50,420 nucleotides of DNA from Patescibacteria group bacterium (GTDB taxonomy: Bacteria; Patescibacteriota; Minisyncoccia; Phycocordibacterales; UBA6065): positions 1-50,420 of the forward strand of contig JAGWHV010000001.1 of assembly GCA_028866595.1 (NCBI GenBank). The letters run 5' to 3'. A program made the translations under genes and the position numbers. The notes under the pieces were generated by a model. That model worked only from the letters and a program-made list of their open reading frames with translations. It did no database searches and was not told the DNA's origin. Below are positions 32,919-42,627 of the stretch, in pieces; the first letter of the stretch is position 1; each line of letters starts with the position of its first letter.

Positions 32919-35751
32919 GAAAATAGAAAAAAAATGGCAGTCGGAGTGGGCCAAAGCCAAGATCTATAACGCCAAGGAAGGCGCGTCGGCGAAAGGCATG
33001 AAGAAATTCTATCCTCTCGTCGAATTCCCGTTTCCCTCGGGCGCTGGCCTTCATACGGGTCATGTGAGGAGCTATACAGCTATGGACGTTGTCGCCAGGA
33101 AGCACCGCATGGAAGGCGAGAACGTCATGTATCCGATCGGCTGGGACGCGTTCGGCCTGCCGACGGAGAATTATGCGATCAAGACCGGCCGCCAGCCAGC
33201 GGCTGTCACAAAAGAAAACACAGACAATTTCCGCCGCCAGCTCAAATCGCTCGGCCTTTCTTTCGACTGGTTGCGCGAGGTGGATACGACCGATCCGAAA
33301 TATTACAAATGGACGCAGTGGATCTTTCTCAAAATGTTCGAGAAAGGCCTCGCCTATAAAGCCAAGACGGAGATCAATTGGTGTCCGAAGGACAAGATCG
33401 GCCTCGCCAACGAGGAAGTGGTGAACGGCCGTTGCGATCGGTGCGGCACGCTGGTCGAGAAGCGGGTCAAAGAGCAATGGATGCTCGCCATCACCAAATA
33501 TGCCGACCGTCTCTATGACGACCTTGATACAGTCGACTACCTGGAGCGTATCAAGATCCAACAGAGGAATTGGATCGGTCGGTCCGAGGGCGCGGAGCTC
33601 GGATTCGCCGTGCGCGTCGGCGGCAAGGCTCTCGCCGACAAGGTAAAAGTATTCACAACCCGGCCTGACACGCTTTTCGGCGTGACGTACGTTGTCGTCG
33701 CGCCGGAGCACCCGCTCGTCTCCACGCTAGAATACAAAAACAAAACCGAGGTCGCCGCATACGTCGCCGCCGCGCGCAAAGAGAGCGATATAGAGCGCAC
33801 CGATGCCAAAAAAGAGAAAACAGGCGTCAAGCTCGAAGGCGTCTCGGCTGTGAATCCGGCGAATGGCGAGGAGGTGCCCGTCTTCGTCGCTGATTATGTC
33901 CTAGGAGGCTATGGCACTGGCGCCGTCATGGCAGTACCTGCGCATGACGAGCGCGATTTCGCTTTTGCGAAGAAATACGACTTGCCCATTCGCCATGTCG
34001 TCGAGCCTTCGTTCGAGAAAAATGAAGGTAAGGACGCGACGAGAAAAGGCCAACCATTCGTCGAACGAAACGCGGTCATGTGCCTTATAAAACATTGGGA
34101 CAAAGACGAATTCCTGTGCTCAAAATGGAAATCGAATGATTGGCAGGGTTTCGTCACGGGCGGCATCGACGGAGCAGAAGACGAAGGCGCCACGGCCGTG
34201 CGCGAGGCAGCCGAAGAGACCGGGTATACGGGCACGAAATATGTGAGGACCGTCGGCACTGTCCATTCAAAGTTCTATCACGACGTAAAGCGCAAGAATA
34301 GATACGCTCACTTCAAAGTCGTATATCTCGAGCTCGCATCGGGAGCGCAGAAGCCTGTCGCAGAAGACGAGAAAAACCTCCATGACGTCGTCTGGGTGCC
34401 GCGTGACAGAGTGAGAGATTTCGTGAACAGACCCGATCTCAAGGCCGCATGGGATCTATTCGCGGACGGGTGCTATGTCGGAGAAGGCGTGCTCGTCGGC
34501 TCTGGAAAATTCAGCGGAATGGATGCCGACGGAGCGATGAAGCCGATCACTGAATTCGCCGGAGGGAAGTGGGTGACGACGTACAAGCTCCGCGACTGGG
34601 TGTTCTCGCGCCAGCGCTATTGGGGCGAGCCGATCCCTCTCATCCATTGCGAAAAATGCGGCTGGGTAGCCGTTCCGGAAAAAGACTTGCCCGTCAAATT
34701 GCCTGCCGTCAAAAAATACGAGCCGACGGATACAGGCGAGTCGCCGCTCTCGGCTATGACTAAATGGGTCAACGTCAAGTGCCCGAAATGCAAAAGCCCG
34801 GCGATCCGCGAGACGGATACCATGCCGCAGTGGGCTGGTTCATCTTGGTATTACCTTCGCTATGTCGATCCAAAAAACAGCAAGAAGCTCGCTGACCCTA
34901 AAAAGCTCGACTACTGGACGCCCGTCGATTGGTACAACGGCGGCATGGAGCACACGACGCTTCACTTGCTCTATTCGCGCTTTTGGCACAAATTCCTCTA
35001 CGACATCGGCGTCGTGCCGACTGCTGAGCCGTACAAGAAGCGCACCTCCCAAGGCATGATCCTCGCCGAAGGCGGAGAGAAAATGTCCAAATCGCGCGGC
35101 AATGTTGTCAATCCTGACGAGCTCGTGGAGACCTATGGCGCCGACACTCTCCGTCTCTATGAGATGTTCATGGGTCCTTTTGACCAAGCGATCGCCTGGG
35201 ATACGAAAAGCATGATCGGTCCGCGGCGGTTCATCGAGAGAGTCTTCGCATTCGGTCAGAGACCGACGAGAAAAGGAGCCACGCTCTCGAAAGAAACGGG
35301 CGCTCTTCTTCAAAAGACCATACAAAAAGTGACAGCGGATATCGAGAACATGAATTTCAATACGGCTATATCGTCTCTGATGATTCTCCTCAATGCTTTC
35401 GAAAAAGAAGATGCCGTGCCGCGCGCCGATCTCGAGTCATTCCTCAAACTCCTCGCGCCTCTCGCCCCGCATATGACGGAGGATGTGTGGCATGAGCTTG
35501 GCAATAAAAAATCCATCCACATCGCGCCGTGGCCCGTCGCCGACGAGACCAAGCTCGAGGACGAATCGGTCACTATCGTCGTCCAAGTCAACGGTAAAGT
35601 CCGAGCGAGCTTTATCGTGGCTAAAGGCACGGATAAAAACGTCCTCGAACGTACGGCACTCGGCCTCGCCGATGTGAAAAAATGGGTAGGGGAGGCGACG
35701 CCGAAGAAGGTGATCATCGTCCCCGGCAAGCTCGTGTCGATCGTCGTCTAG
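32899..35751 (+). CDS. leuS: Leucyl-tRNA synthetase with inserted Nudix domain
   Basis: GLHTGH (HIGH), GWDAFGLP, FTTRPDT, RDWVFSRQRYWG, KMSKS; real start MKKYDHKKIE at 32899. Confidence 0.97.
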   Translation: MKKYDHKKIEKKWQSEWAKAKIYNAKEGASAKGMKKFYPLVEFPFPSGAGLHTGHVRSYTAMDVVARKHRMEGENVMYPIGWDAFGLPTENYAIKTGRQPAAVTKENTDNFRRQLKSLGLSFDWLREVDTTDPKYYKWTQWIFLKMFEKGLAYKAKTEINWCPKDKIGLANEEVVNGRCDRCGTLVEKRVKEQWMLAITKYADRLYDDLDTVDYLERIKIQQRNWIGRSEGAELGFAVRVGGKALADKVKVFTTRPDTLFGVTYVVVAPEHPLVSTLEYKNKTEVAAYVAAARKESDIERTDAKKEKTGVKLEGVSAVNPANGEEVPVFVADYVLGGYGTGAVMAVPAHDERDFAFAKKYDLPIRHVVEPSFEKNEGKDATRKGQPFVERNAVMCLIKHWDKDEFLCSKWKSNDWQGFVTGGIDGAEDEGATAVREAAEETGYTGTKYVRTVGTVHSKFYHDVKRKNRYAHFKVVYLELASGAQKPVAEDEKNLHDVVWVPRDRVRDFVNRPDLKAAWDLFADGCYVGEGVLVGSGKFSGMDADGAMKPITEFAGGKWVTTYKLRDWVFSRQRYWGEPIPLIHCEKCGWVAVPEKDLPVKLPAVKKYEPTDTGESPLSAMTKWVNVKCPKCKSPAIRETDTMPQWAGSSWYYLRYVDPKNSKKLADPKKLDYWTPVDWYNGGMEHTTLHLLYSRFWHKFLYDIGVVPTAEPYKKRTSQGMILAEGGEKMSKSRGNVVNPDELVETYGADTLRLYEMFMGPFDQAIAWDTKSMIGPRRFIERVFAFGQRPTRKGATLSKETGALLQKTIQKVTADIENMNFNTAISSLMILLNAFEKEDAVPRADLESFLKLLAPLAPHMTEDVWHELGNKKSIHIAPWPVADETKLEDESVTIVVQVNGKVRASFIVAKGTDKNVLERTALGLADVKKWVGEATPKKVIIVPGKLVSIVV

Positions 35752-35762
35752 CCGGTATCCCC

Positions 35763-35803
35763 TTGACACGAATCTTGACTTCGCAGTAATCTTGACTTAA
35801 TAT
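35763..35803 (+). promoter_or_regulatory. Promoter with three -35-like hexamers
   Basis: TTGACA 35763, TTGACT 35775, TTGACT 35792; TTGACT-N17-TAATAT ends 7 nt before the ATG. Confidence 0.6.
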
Positions 35804-35810
35804 CAAACAT

Positions 35811-36845
35811 ATGACAACGACGCTTACGCTCAAGCCGAAACAGGTCGTCAAGGCGCTCCTCAAGAGCCTGCCTGACCGCGCCCAGGAAGTAGTCATCAAG
35901 CGCTACGGCCTCGGCAAAGATCCGAAGAAGATGACTCTCGAGGCGATAGGCAAGACCTACGGCATCACCCGCGAGCGCGTCCGCCAGATCGAGAACTACG
36001 CCATTCAGAACATCCAGCGCTCGAAAGAGTACGAAGCCCAGGCGGCTGCTTTCAAGGAGCTCGAGGATATGGTCAAGGAGATGGGCACCATTATCGCCGA
36101 GGAAGACCTCCTCGACGCTGTCTCGAAAGACGCCTCGACCCAGAATCATATCTATTTCTTGCTCGTCCTCGGCCGGGCTTTCAAATGGCAAAAGGAGGAC
36201 GACCATTTCAAGCACCGCTGGCATGTCGACGACGCGACCGCCAAGAAAGTCGAGGACGCTCTCAAGAAGCTCTACAAGAATCTCAAGGACGACGACATCA
36301 TCCCTGAATCGGAGATGATCGATACGTTCCTCAACCACATCGAGGGGCTTAACGATCAGTATCGAAACGACGAGATTCTCAAGCGCTGGCTCGCCATCTC
36401 GAAAAAAGTCGGCAAGAATCCTCTCGGCGAATGGGGTGTCGCCCAGTCTCCGAACATCCGCGCCAAAGGCGTCCGCGATTATGCTTATCTGGTGATCAGA
36501 AAGCACGGCTCGCCGATCCATTTCCGCGAAGTCGCCAAGCAGATCGAAAAAATGTTCGACAAAAAAGCCCACGAAGCGACCACTCACAACGAGCTCATCA
36601 AGGACCCCCGCTTCGTTCTCGTCGGCCGCGGCCTTTACGCGCTCTCCGAGTGGGGCTATATGTCCGGCGTCGTCAAAGACGTCATCAAGAAGATCCTCGA
36701 GAAGAGCGGCCCGCTCACCAGGAAGGAGATCATAGACAAAGTCCTCAAGGAGCGCTACGTCAAAGAGAACACTATCCTCGTCAATCTCCAGAATCCGAAA
36801 TATTTCAAGAAAGACAAAGAGAACAGGTACTCGCCGGCGGCATAG
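35811..36845 (+). CDS. Sigma70 region-4 domain fused to winged-helix (HARE-HTH/delta-like) domains
   Basis: N-terminal MTLEAIGKTYGITRERVRQIE; C-terminal DPRFVLVGRGLYALSEWG; no sigma region 2. Confidence 0.8.
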   Translation: MTTTLTLKPKQVVKALLKSLPDRAQEVVIKRYGLGKDPKKMTLEAIGKTYGITRERVRQIENYAIQNIQRSKEYEAQAAAFKELEDMVKEMGTIIAEEDLLDAVSKDASTQNHIYFLLVLGRAFKWQKEDDHFKHRWHVDDATAKKVEDALKKLYKNLKDDDIIPESEMIDTFLNHIEGLNDQYRNDEILKRWLAISKKVGKNPLGEWGVAQSPNIRAKGVRDYAYLVIRKHGSPIHFREVAKQIEKMFDKKAHEATTHNELIKDPRFVLVGRGLYALSEWGYMSGVVKDVIKKILEKSGPLTRKEIIDKVLKERYVKENTILVNLQNPKYFKKDKENRYSPAA

Positions 36846-36849
36846 TCAT

Positions 36850-36888
36850 AAAAGGCCCTGAACGTCGAGGCGCGTTCCAGGGCCTTTT
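36850..36888. terminator. Bidirectional intrinsic terminator
   Basis: AAAAGGCCCTG / CAGGGCCTTTT. Confidence 0.7.
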
Positions 36889-36902
36889 GCTATAATAATC
36901 CC

Positions 36903-38138
36903 GTGAATATTTTTTCCGATCTCGCGAGCTTCGCCATCAATATCGCTATCCCGCAGACTGCCCGCTGGCTCATATTCTTTGCTGTCGTCTGGATACCGAT
37001 CGTCATATTCGAGTATGCCTGGGGCGTCTGGGTCCGCTATGTGCGGACTGCGTGGATAGGGAAGCAGGAAAAGATCCTCCTCGAGATCAAATTGCCGCAA
37101 GAGACGATCAAGTCGCCGCTCGCTATGGAGCTCGTTCTCACCGGCCTCTATCAAACGGGCGGCGAAGGCACGCCTCTCGACCGTTATTGGGAAGGCAAAG
37201 TCCGCCCATGGTTCTCTCTCGAGCTCGCGTCGATCGATGGCGAGATCCATTTCTACATCTGGACGTTCAAGAGCCAGCGGGCGATCGTCGAGTCGAATAT
37301 ATACGCGCAATATCCGGGCGTCGAGATCCACGAAGTGCCCGACTATACCGAGGCGGTCTTCTTTGACCCGGAGAAATACGAGCTCGCCGGCTGCCGATTC
37401 GAAGCGACCGGCCCTGATCCTTTGCCGATAAAAACGTACGTCGACTATGGCCTCGACAAAGATCCAAAAGAAGAATACAAAGTCGATCCAATGGCGCCTC
37501 TGATCGAATTCATGGGCTCGCTCAAGAAAGGCCACCAAGCCTGGGTTCAGATCATTGTCCGCGCCCACACCCAGGAGAAGACGCCTCTCAACAATAAATA
37601 TCCCGACAAATGGAAAGAAGAGGCTAAAGAACTCATCCAGAAAGTCATCGACGAAGCCGCTGTCGAGGACGAAGAGGGCAACAAGGTGCCGAATCTAGCC
37701 AAGCTCACCAAGGGCGCCCAGGAAAAAATCGCCGCCATCGAGCGCTCCGTCTCCAAGCTCGCGTTCGACGCCGGCATCAGGATCGTCTACATCGCTCCGA
37801 AAGATATCTTCGATAAAGGCAATGGCGGCGGTCTGACAGGCTCGTTCAAGCAATTCAACGCGCCCCACATGAACGGCTTCAAGCCAGAGGAAGGCATGTC
37901 ATTCGACTATAAATGGCAGGACTGGAAAGGCCACAAGCTTCTGGGGCGCAAGATCGAGCATTTCCGGGCATATTGCGAGCGTGGCTATTTCCACTATCCG
38001 TTCATGCGCAAGTGGACGGTGCTCAATACCGAAGAGCTCGCGACTCTTTATCATTTCCCAGGCAGCGCCGTAAAGACGCCGACCCTCAAGCGTATCCCAT
38101 CGAAGAGCGCGGACGCTCCTTCGAACCTGCCTGTCTAG
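36903..38138 (+). CDS. Membrane-anchored conserved hypothetical protein
   Basis: N-terminal TM segment; 411 aa with host-like codon usage; TGCTATAAT 6 nt before the GTG. Confidence 0.8.
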   Translation: MNIFSDLASFAINIAIPQTARWLIFFAVVWIPIVIFEYAWGVWVRYVRTAWIGKQEKILLEIKLPQETIKSPLAMELVLTGLYQTGGEGTPLDRYWEGKVRPWFSLELASIDGEIHFYIWTFKSQRAIVESNIYAQYPGVEIHEVPDYTEAVFFDPEKYELAGCRFEATGPDPLPIKTYVDYGLDKDPKEEYKVDPMAPLIEFMGSLKKGHQAWVQIIVRAHTQEKTPLNNKYPDKWKEEAKELIQKVIDEAAVEDEEGNKVPNLAKLTKGAQEKIAAIERSVSKLAFDAGIRIVYIAPKDIFDKGNGGGLTGSFKQFNAPHMNGFKPEEGMSFDYKWQDWKGHKLLGRKIEHFRAYCERGYFHYPFMRKWTVLNTEELATLYHFPGSAVKTPTLKRIPSKSADAPSNLPV

Positions 38139-38150
38139 CGGACATCTTCA

Positions 38151-39152
38151 ATGGAGAGCGGATCACCGAAATACATGTCCGAGCGGCCGTTACTGTCGCC
38201 GAAAAATCGATGGCTTGCGGTGGCCGCGGCGCTTATCGTCCTTTACGCGCTCTACACCCGTTCTCTAGCCGCTCCGATCGGTCTTGCTGCCGACACGACG
38301 ATCACGGTGCCGAAAGGCGCTGGTCTCACTTCCATCGCCGATAGACTCGAAACCGAGCATGTCATCAGGTCGCCGTTCGCTTTCAAGGTGCTCGTCGTCC
38401 TGTTCGGCGGCTCGCGAGGGGTAGAAGCGGGAGATTATTATTTTCCTACCGCTGAAAACGCTGTCCGCGTCGCCTGGCGCTTGACTCACAGCCATTACGA
38501 GCTCGTCACTGTTCGCGTCACGATCCCCGAAGGCACTGATGTCAAAGGTATAGCGAGCATACTGGCCAAAGAGCCGCGTCTCGAGCTTTTCAACGAGCAG
38601 GACTTTCTCAAGATCGCTTTGCCGCGCGAGGGATATCTTTTCCCTGATACATACGATATCCCGCCGAACGCGACTGATCAGGACATCGTCGATATGATGC
38701 TTTCGAATTATGAGAGGCGCATACAGACCCTCTCGGCCGACATCACCACATTCGGCAGGCCGATAAGCCAGGTGATGATAATGGCGTCGATCGTCGAAAG
38801 AGAAGCGAATACGACGGAGATGCGCCAGACAGTCGCCGGCATCCTGTGGAAGAGGCTCGACGAGCATATGCCTCTCCAGGTCGATTCGGCTTTCTCATAC
38901 GTCGATGGCAAGACGGCGAGCAAAGACATTTCCGTCTCCGATCTCGCCATCGATTCGCCGTACAATACGTATCTCCACGTCGGATTGCCGCCGACGCCGA
39001 TATCGAACCCTGGTCTCGAGGCTATCCACGATACCGTCCATCCGATATCCACGCCGTATTATTACTATCTCTCCGATAGCCAGGGCACCATGCACTATGC
39101 GGTGACGCTTCAGGAGCATGAGGCGAACAAGGCGAAATATTTGGGGTATTGA
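38151..39152 (+). CDS. mltG: Endolytic transglycosylase MltG
   Basis: VTIPEG, EGYLFPDTY, MASIVEREA, SPYNTY..GLPPTPISNPG. Confidence 0.95.
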   Translation: MESGSPKYMSERPLLSPKNRWLAVAAALIVLYALYTRSLAAPIGLAADTTITVPKGAGLTSIADRLETEHVIRSPFAFKVLVVLFGGSRGVEAGDYYFPTAENAVRVAWRLTHSHYELVTVRVTIPEGTDVKGIASILAKEPRLELFNEQDFLKIALPREGYLFPDTYDIPPNATDQDIVDMMLSNYERRIQTLSADITTFGRPISQVMIMASIVEREANTTEMRQTVAGILWKRLDEHMPLQVDSAFSYVDGKTASKDISVSDLAIDSPYNTYLHVGLPPTPISNPGLEAIHDTVHPISTPYYYYLSDSQGTMHYAVTLQEHEANKAKYLGY

Positions 39153-39204
39153 ATAAAAAAGCCGCGCGACATGAAATGTCGCGCGGCGGTTGCCGATCAT
39201 CGCG

Positions 39205-39759
39205 CTAATCTGCGAGGATGTCCTCGGGCGGAGGTTTGAGGACGCGCCGCTTCTCATACTGATTGGCGACGCTCGCGAGCTTGAAATGGCCATTCTCGTG
39301 GATGATGGCGTCGTGCCACGTCGGATATCCATCCCGACAGACCATCAGTCTCCACGGATCGCAGGGGAACGGCGAAGTCAGGCGGGAGACCGGTGTGCGG
39401 ATGGGCATGAGGCGTAATCCGTTGAGCCCCGTCTCGATAAAGCCGAAGTCGATCCGGAGACTCGTCCGGCGAGCGGGCCAGAGCAACCGGCGCCAGAGCG
39501 GCAGTCGATAGCTGATTGTGCCGTCCCGCCGGACCCATACAGGCTCGACGAAATGGACGGCGACGAGCTTCCACGATTCGTGGTCGACGCTGCTTTTCAT
39601 GTCGGGTTCGTCATGCACGTGGGCAGGCGAGAACGTGGCTATGAAGGGCGCCCGAGCCGGCGGCGGCCCAAGTTTGACTATGACTTCTTCCGGCGGCATG
39701 TCGACGACATGGAAACGATCGGAGCGCTGGAACTCCAGCGGAGCGATTTTTGGATGCAT
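39205..39759 (-). CDS. Hypothetical protein
   Basis: 184-aa ORF filling the mltG-mnmA gap; terminator hairpin at about 39153-39190. Confidence 0.6.
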   Translation of the reverse strand: MHPKIAPLEFQRSDRFHVVDMPPEEVIVKLGPPPARAPFIATFSPAHVHDEPDMKSSVDHESWKLVAVHFVEPVWVRRDGTISYRLPLWRRLLWPARRTSLRIDFGFIETGLNGLRLMPIRTPVSRLTSPFPCDPWRLMVCRDGYPTWHDAIIHENGHFKLASVANQYEKRRVLKPPPEDILAD

Positions 39760-39811
39760 ATTTGATAGGTGCAGGGTTGAAGGTTGCTGTCTTTAATGCT
39801 ACATATAGCCC

Positions 39812-40966
39812 ATGGCAAGTCAAATGGCAGTCTGTGCTCGAAAAAAAGTCTTTGTCGGCATGTCCGGCGGCGTCGACTCGTCCGTGTCGGCGGCTCTTTT
39901 CAAAGAGCGGGGCTTCGATGTGACAGGTGTTTTCATCAAAGTATGGCAGCCTGACTGGCTGGAATCCGCCGGCGGCTGTTCATGGCGCGAAGACAGGCTC
40001 GATGCCATGCGAGTCGCCGTCCATCTCGGCATCTCGTTCGTCACTCTCGATCTGGAACGAGAATATAAAAAGGAAGTCGTTGATCACATGATCGTCGAAT
40101 ATCGCGCCGGTCGGACGCCAAATCCGGACGTCATGTGCAATCGTCACGTTAAATTTGGCGCATTCTTTGATTGGGCTATGGAGCAGGGAGCTGACTATGT
40201 CGCGACGGGACATTATGCGCAGGTACGAGAGAGCGACGATGGCCACGGCAGAAGGGTCTTTGATCTCGTCGCGGGCGCCGATCCGAGCAAGGACCAATCG
40301 TATTTCCTCTGGACTCTCGGGCAGAAGGAGCTTTCGAGGACGCTTTTTCCTGTCGGCGGTATGGAAAAGTCGGAGACGCGACGGCTCGCTCGCCGATTCG
40401 GCTTGCCCGTCGCCGAGAAAAAAGACAGCCAAGGCCTCTGTTTTATGGGCAAAATAGACATCAAAGAATTCATCTCTCATTACGTGACGCCTCGACGCGG
40501 CGACGTGCTCGACCAGAGCGGCAACGTCATTGGTCATCATGACGGCGCTTTATTTTTGACCGTAGGGGAGAGGCATGGGTTCACGGTGACAACTAAGACT
40601 CCCGATGACGCGCCATACTATGTCATTGCGCGCGATCTCGACAAAAACACAGTGACCGTTTCTCATCGAGCGCCCGATGGTAGTCTTTCTGTCGAGAGGC
40701 GCGATTATATGCTCGAGTCTGTCAATTGGATACGAGGGAAGGAGGCTGTCCTTGTCGCGGGTAGGACGTATCGTGCTCGGATCAGACACCTCGGCGATCT
40801 CTTGCAGTGCACGATCGCACGGGATAAAGACAATGCACCGCGTCCGGATCGCCTGCGCGCCGAGCGCCTGACGATCACATTTGAAAAGCCGATCATCGTC
40901 GCTCCTGGACAGTCTATCGTTGTCTATGACGCCAACACCTGTCTAGGAGGAGGCGCGGTGGTATAA
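39812..40966 (+). CDS. mnmA: tRNA 2-thiouridine(34) synthase
   Basis: GMSGGVDSS, TPNPDVMCN, ATGHYA, KDQSYFL, KKDSQGLCF, APGQS. Confidence 0.97.
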   Translation: MASQMAVCARKKVFVGMSGGVDSSVSAALFKERGFDVTGVFIKVWQPDWLESAGGCSWREDRLDAMRVAVHLGISFVTLDLEREYKKEVVDHMIVEYRAGRTPNPDVMCNRHVKFGAFFDWAMEQGADYVATGHYAQVRESDDGHGRRVFDLVAGADPSKDQSYFLWTLGQKELSRTLFPVGGMEKSETRRLARRFGLPVAEKKDSQGLCFMGKIDIKEFISHYVTPRRGDVLDQSGNVIGHHDGALFLTVGERHGFTVTTKTPDDAPYYVIARDLDKNTVTVSHRAPDGSLSVERRDYMLESVNWIRGKEAVLVAGRTYRARIRHLGDLLQCTIARDKDNAPRPDRLRAERLTITFEKPIIVAPGQSIVVYDANTCLGGGAVV

Positions 40967-40973
40967 TACCTCC

Positions 40974-41810
40974 ATGTCCCCACTTTCGATCGTCAAATCG
41001 ACAGGCGAGCGCGAGCGGTTCGACCCAGCCAAGCTCGTCGAGTCGCTCCGCAAATCAGGCGCCACTCAAGATCAGGCCGAAAAAGTCCTCCGCCATATTG
41101 AGGGCGAGCTCGTTGAAGGCATGACGACGAATGAAATCTACCGCCACGCCTTCGAGATCCTCCGGAAAGTCGCCCATCCGGCCGCCGTCGCTCGATATTC
41201 GATGAAGCGGGCAATAACCGAGCTCGGCCCGACGGGCTTTCCTTTCGAAAAATTCATAGCCGAGATTTTCAAGTCGGAAGGATACGAGGCTCTGACTGAC
41301 CAGATCGTCCAGGGTAGCTGCGTCGAGCACGAGATAGACGTCGTCGCTTGGAAAGGCGACGAGCTCGTCATGGTCGAGGCGAAATTTCACAACGAATACG
41401 GCATCAAATCCGACCTCAAGGTCGCTCTGTATATAAAAGCCCGCTGGGACGACCTCAAAGAGAATGTGTATGCGTACGGCGGCAAAAAGCGCAAAGTCAC
41501 CTCGTTCCAGCTTTTTACGAATACGAAATTCACCGATGCCGCGATCAGGTACGCCGAATGCAAAGGGCTAACGCTCATCGGCTGGAATTATCCGCGCCGC
41601 GGCAACCTCGAGGATCTCGTCAGCGAGGCGGGCCTCCATCCCGTCACGGCGATGACGACGCTTGGTCAAGCGGAGAAGAAATCTCTCCTCGACGGCGGTA
41701 TCGTCCTTTGTAAGCAGGTGGCGGCTCAAGGCCAAAATCTGTTAAGCTACGGCATCTCCAAGAGCAAGGTCGCATCCGTGCTCGAAGAGGCCCAACACAT
41801 CTGTGGCTAA
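40974..41810 (+). CDS. ATP-cone domain fused to a restriction-endonuclease-like PD-(D/E)XK domain
   Basis: IVKSTGERERFDPAKLVESL (ATP cone); GFPFEKFIAE, HEIDVVA..MVEAKFH (Mrr-like). Confidence 0.82.
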   Translation: MSPLSIVKSTGERERFDPAKLVESLRKSGATQDQAEKVLRHIEGELVEGMTTNEIYRHAFEILRKVAHPAAVARYSMKRAITELGPTGFPFEKFIAEIFKSEGYEALTDQIVQGSCVEHEIDVVAWKGDELVMVEAKFHNEYGIKSDLKVALYIKARWDDLKENVYAYGGKKRKVTSFQLFTNTKFTDAAIRYAECKGLTLIGWNYPRRGNLEDLVSEAGLHPVTAMTTLGQAEKKSLLDGGIVLCKQVAAQGQNLLSYGISKSKVASVLEEAQHICG

Positions 41811-42627
41811 TTTCACTCCAAAAGCAAAAAGAAGCGCCGATTGGAATTACGGCGGGCCGAAGTGGAAGCTTTCGCGTTCAAAGATAGACTTGTTCATGGA
41901 ATGCCCGCGCTGCTTCTATCTCGACAACAAGCTCGGCGTCGCTCGGCCGAAAGGTCCGTCGTTCACGCTCAATGTCGCCGTCGACGCTCTCCTTAAAAAG
42001 GAATTCGACGCTCACCGCATCGCCGGCCGGCCGCACCCTCTCATGACGAAATACGGCGTCGACGCCATTCCTTTCAAGCACGACGAGCTCGCAGAGTGGC
42101 AGGAAAATTTCGTCGGCATCCAATACAGGCATCCGGAGTCAGGCATGCTCATCACGGGCGCGATCGACGATGTCTGGATCAATAAGAAAGGCGAGCTCAT
42201 CGTCGTCGATTACAAAGCGACCGCCAAAGACGGCAAAATCGAATCTCTCGAGGACACCAAATGGCAGAATCAGTACAAGCGCCAGATGGAAGTCTATCAA
42301 TGGCTCTTGCGCCGCAAAGGCTACCGCGTCGCTGAGACAGGATATTTCGTCTATGTGAACGGCCGCAAAGATCGCCCGTCGTTCGACGGCAAGCTCGAAT
42401 TCGACGTGACCCTCATCGCCCACAAAGGCGACGATTCATGGGTCGAGAAGACGATCGTCCAGGCAAGGGCTTGCCTCGATAGCGACGCTTTGCCTGAGCC
42501 GAGCTCGACGTGCGAATTCTGCGTCTACCGCAAAGCCGCCCGTGACGTCCAGATGCCCTTCATGAGCATTAAAAAAACTAAAACCAAAACCGATGCGACA
42601 GGTAACAAAACGGATAGCCTCTTTTAA
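41803..42627 (+). CDS. PD-(D/E)XK nuclease (RecB/Cas4-like) with four Cys
   Basis: LSRSKI..CPRCFY, GAIDD..VVDYK, QMEVY, CEFC. Confidence 0.85.
   Translation: MANFTPKAKRSADWNYGGPKWKLSRSKIDLFMECPRCFYLDNKLGVARPKGPSFTLNVAVDALLKKEFDAHRIAGRPHPLMTKYGVDAIPFKHDELAEWQENFVGIQYRHPESGMLITGAIDDVWINKKGELIVVDYKATAKDGKIESLEDTKWQNQYKRQMEVYQWLLRRKGYRVAETGYFVYVNGRKDRPSFDGKLEFDVTLIAHKGDDSWVEKTIVQARACLDSDALPEPSSTCEFCVYRKAARDVQMPFMSIKKTKTKTDATGNKTDSLF

Noticed and set aside
41803..42627. cas4 of a CRISPR-Cas system
   Set aside because: No repeat-spacer array and no cas1/cas2 in the window; it fits a stand-alone PD-(D/E)XK nuclease.
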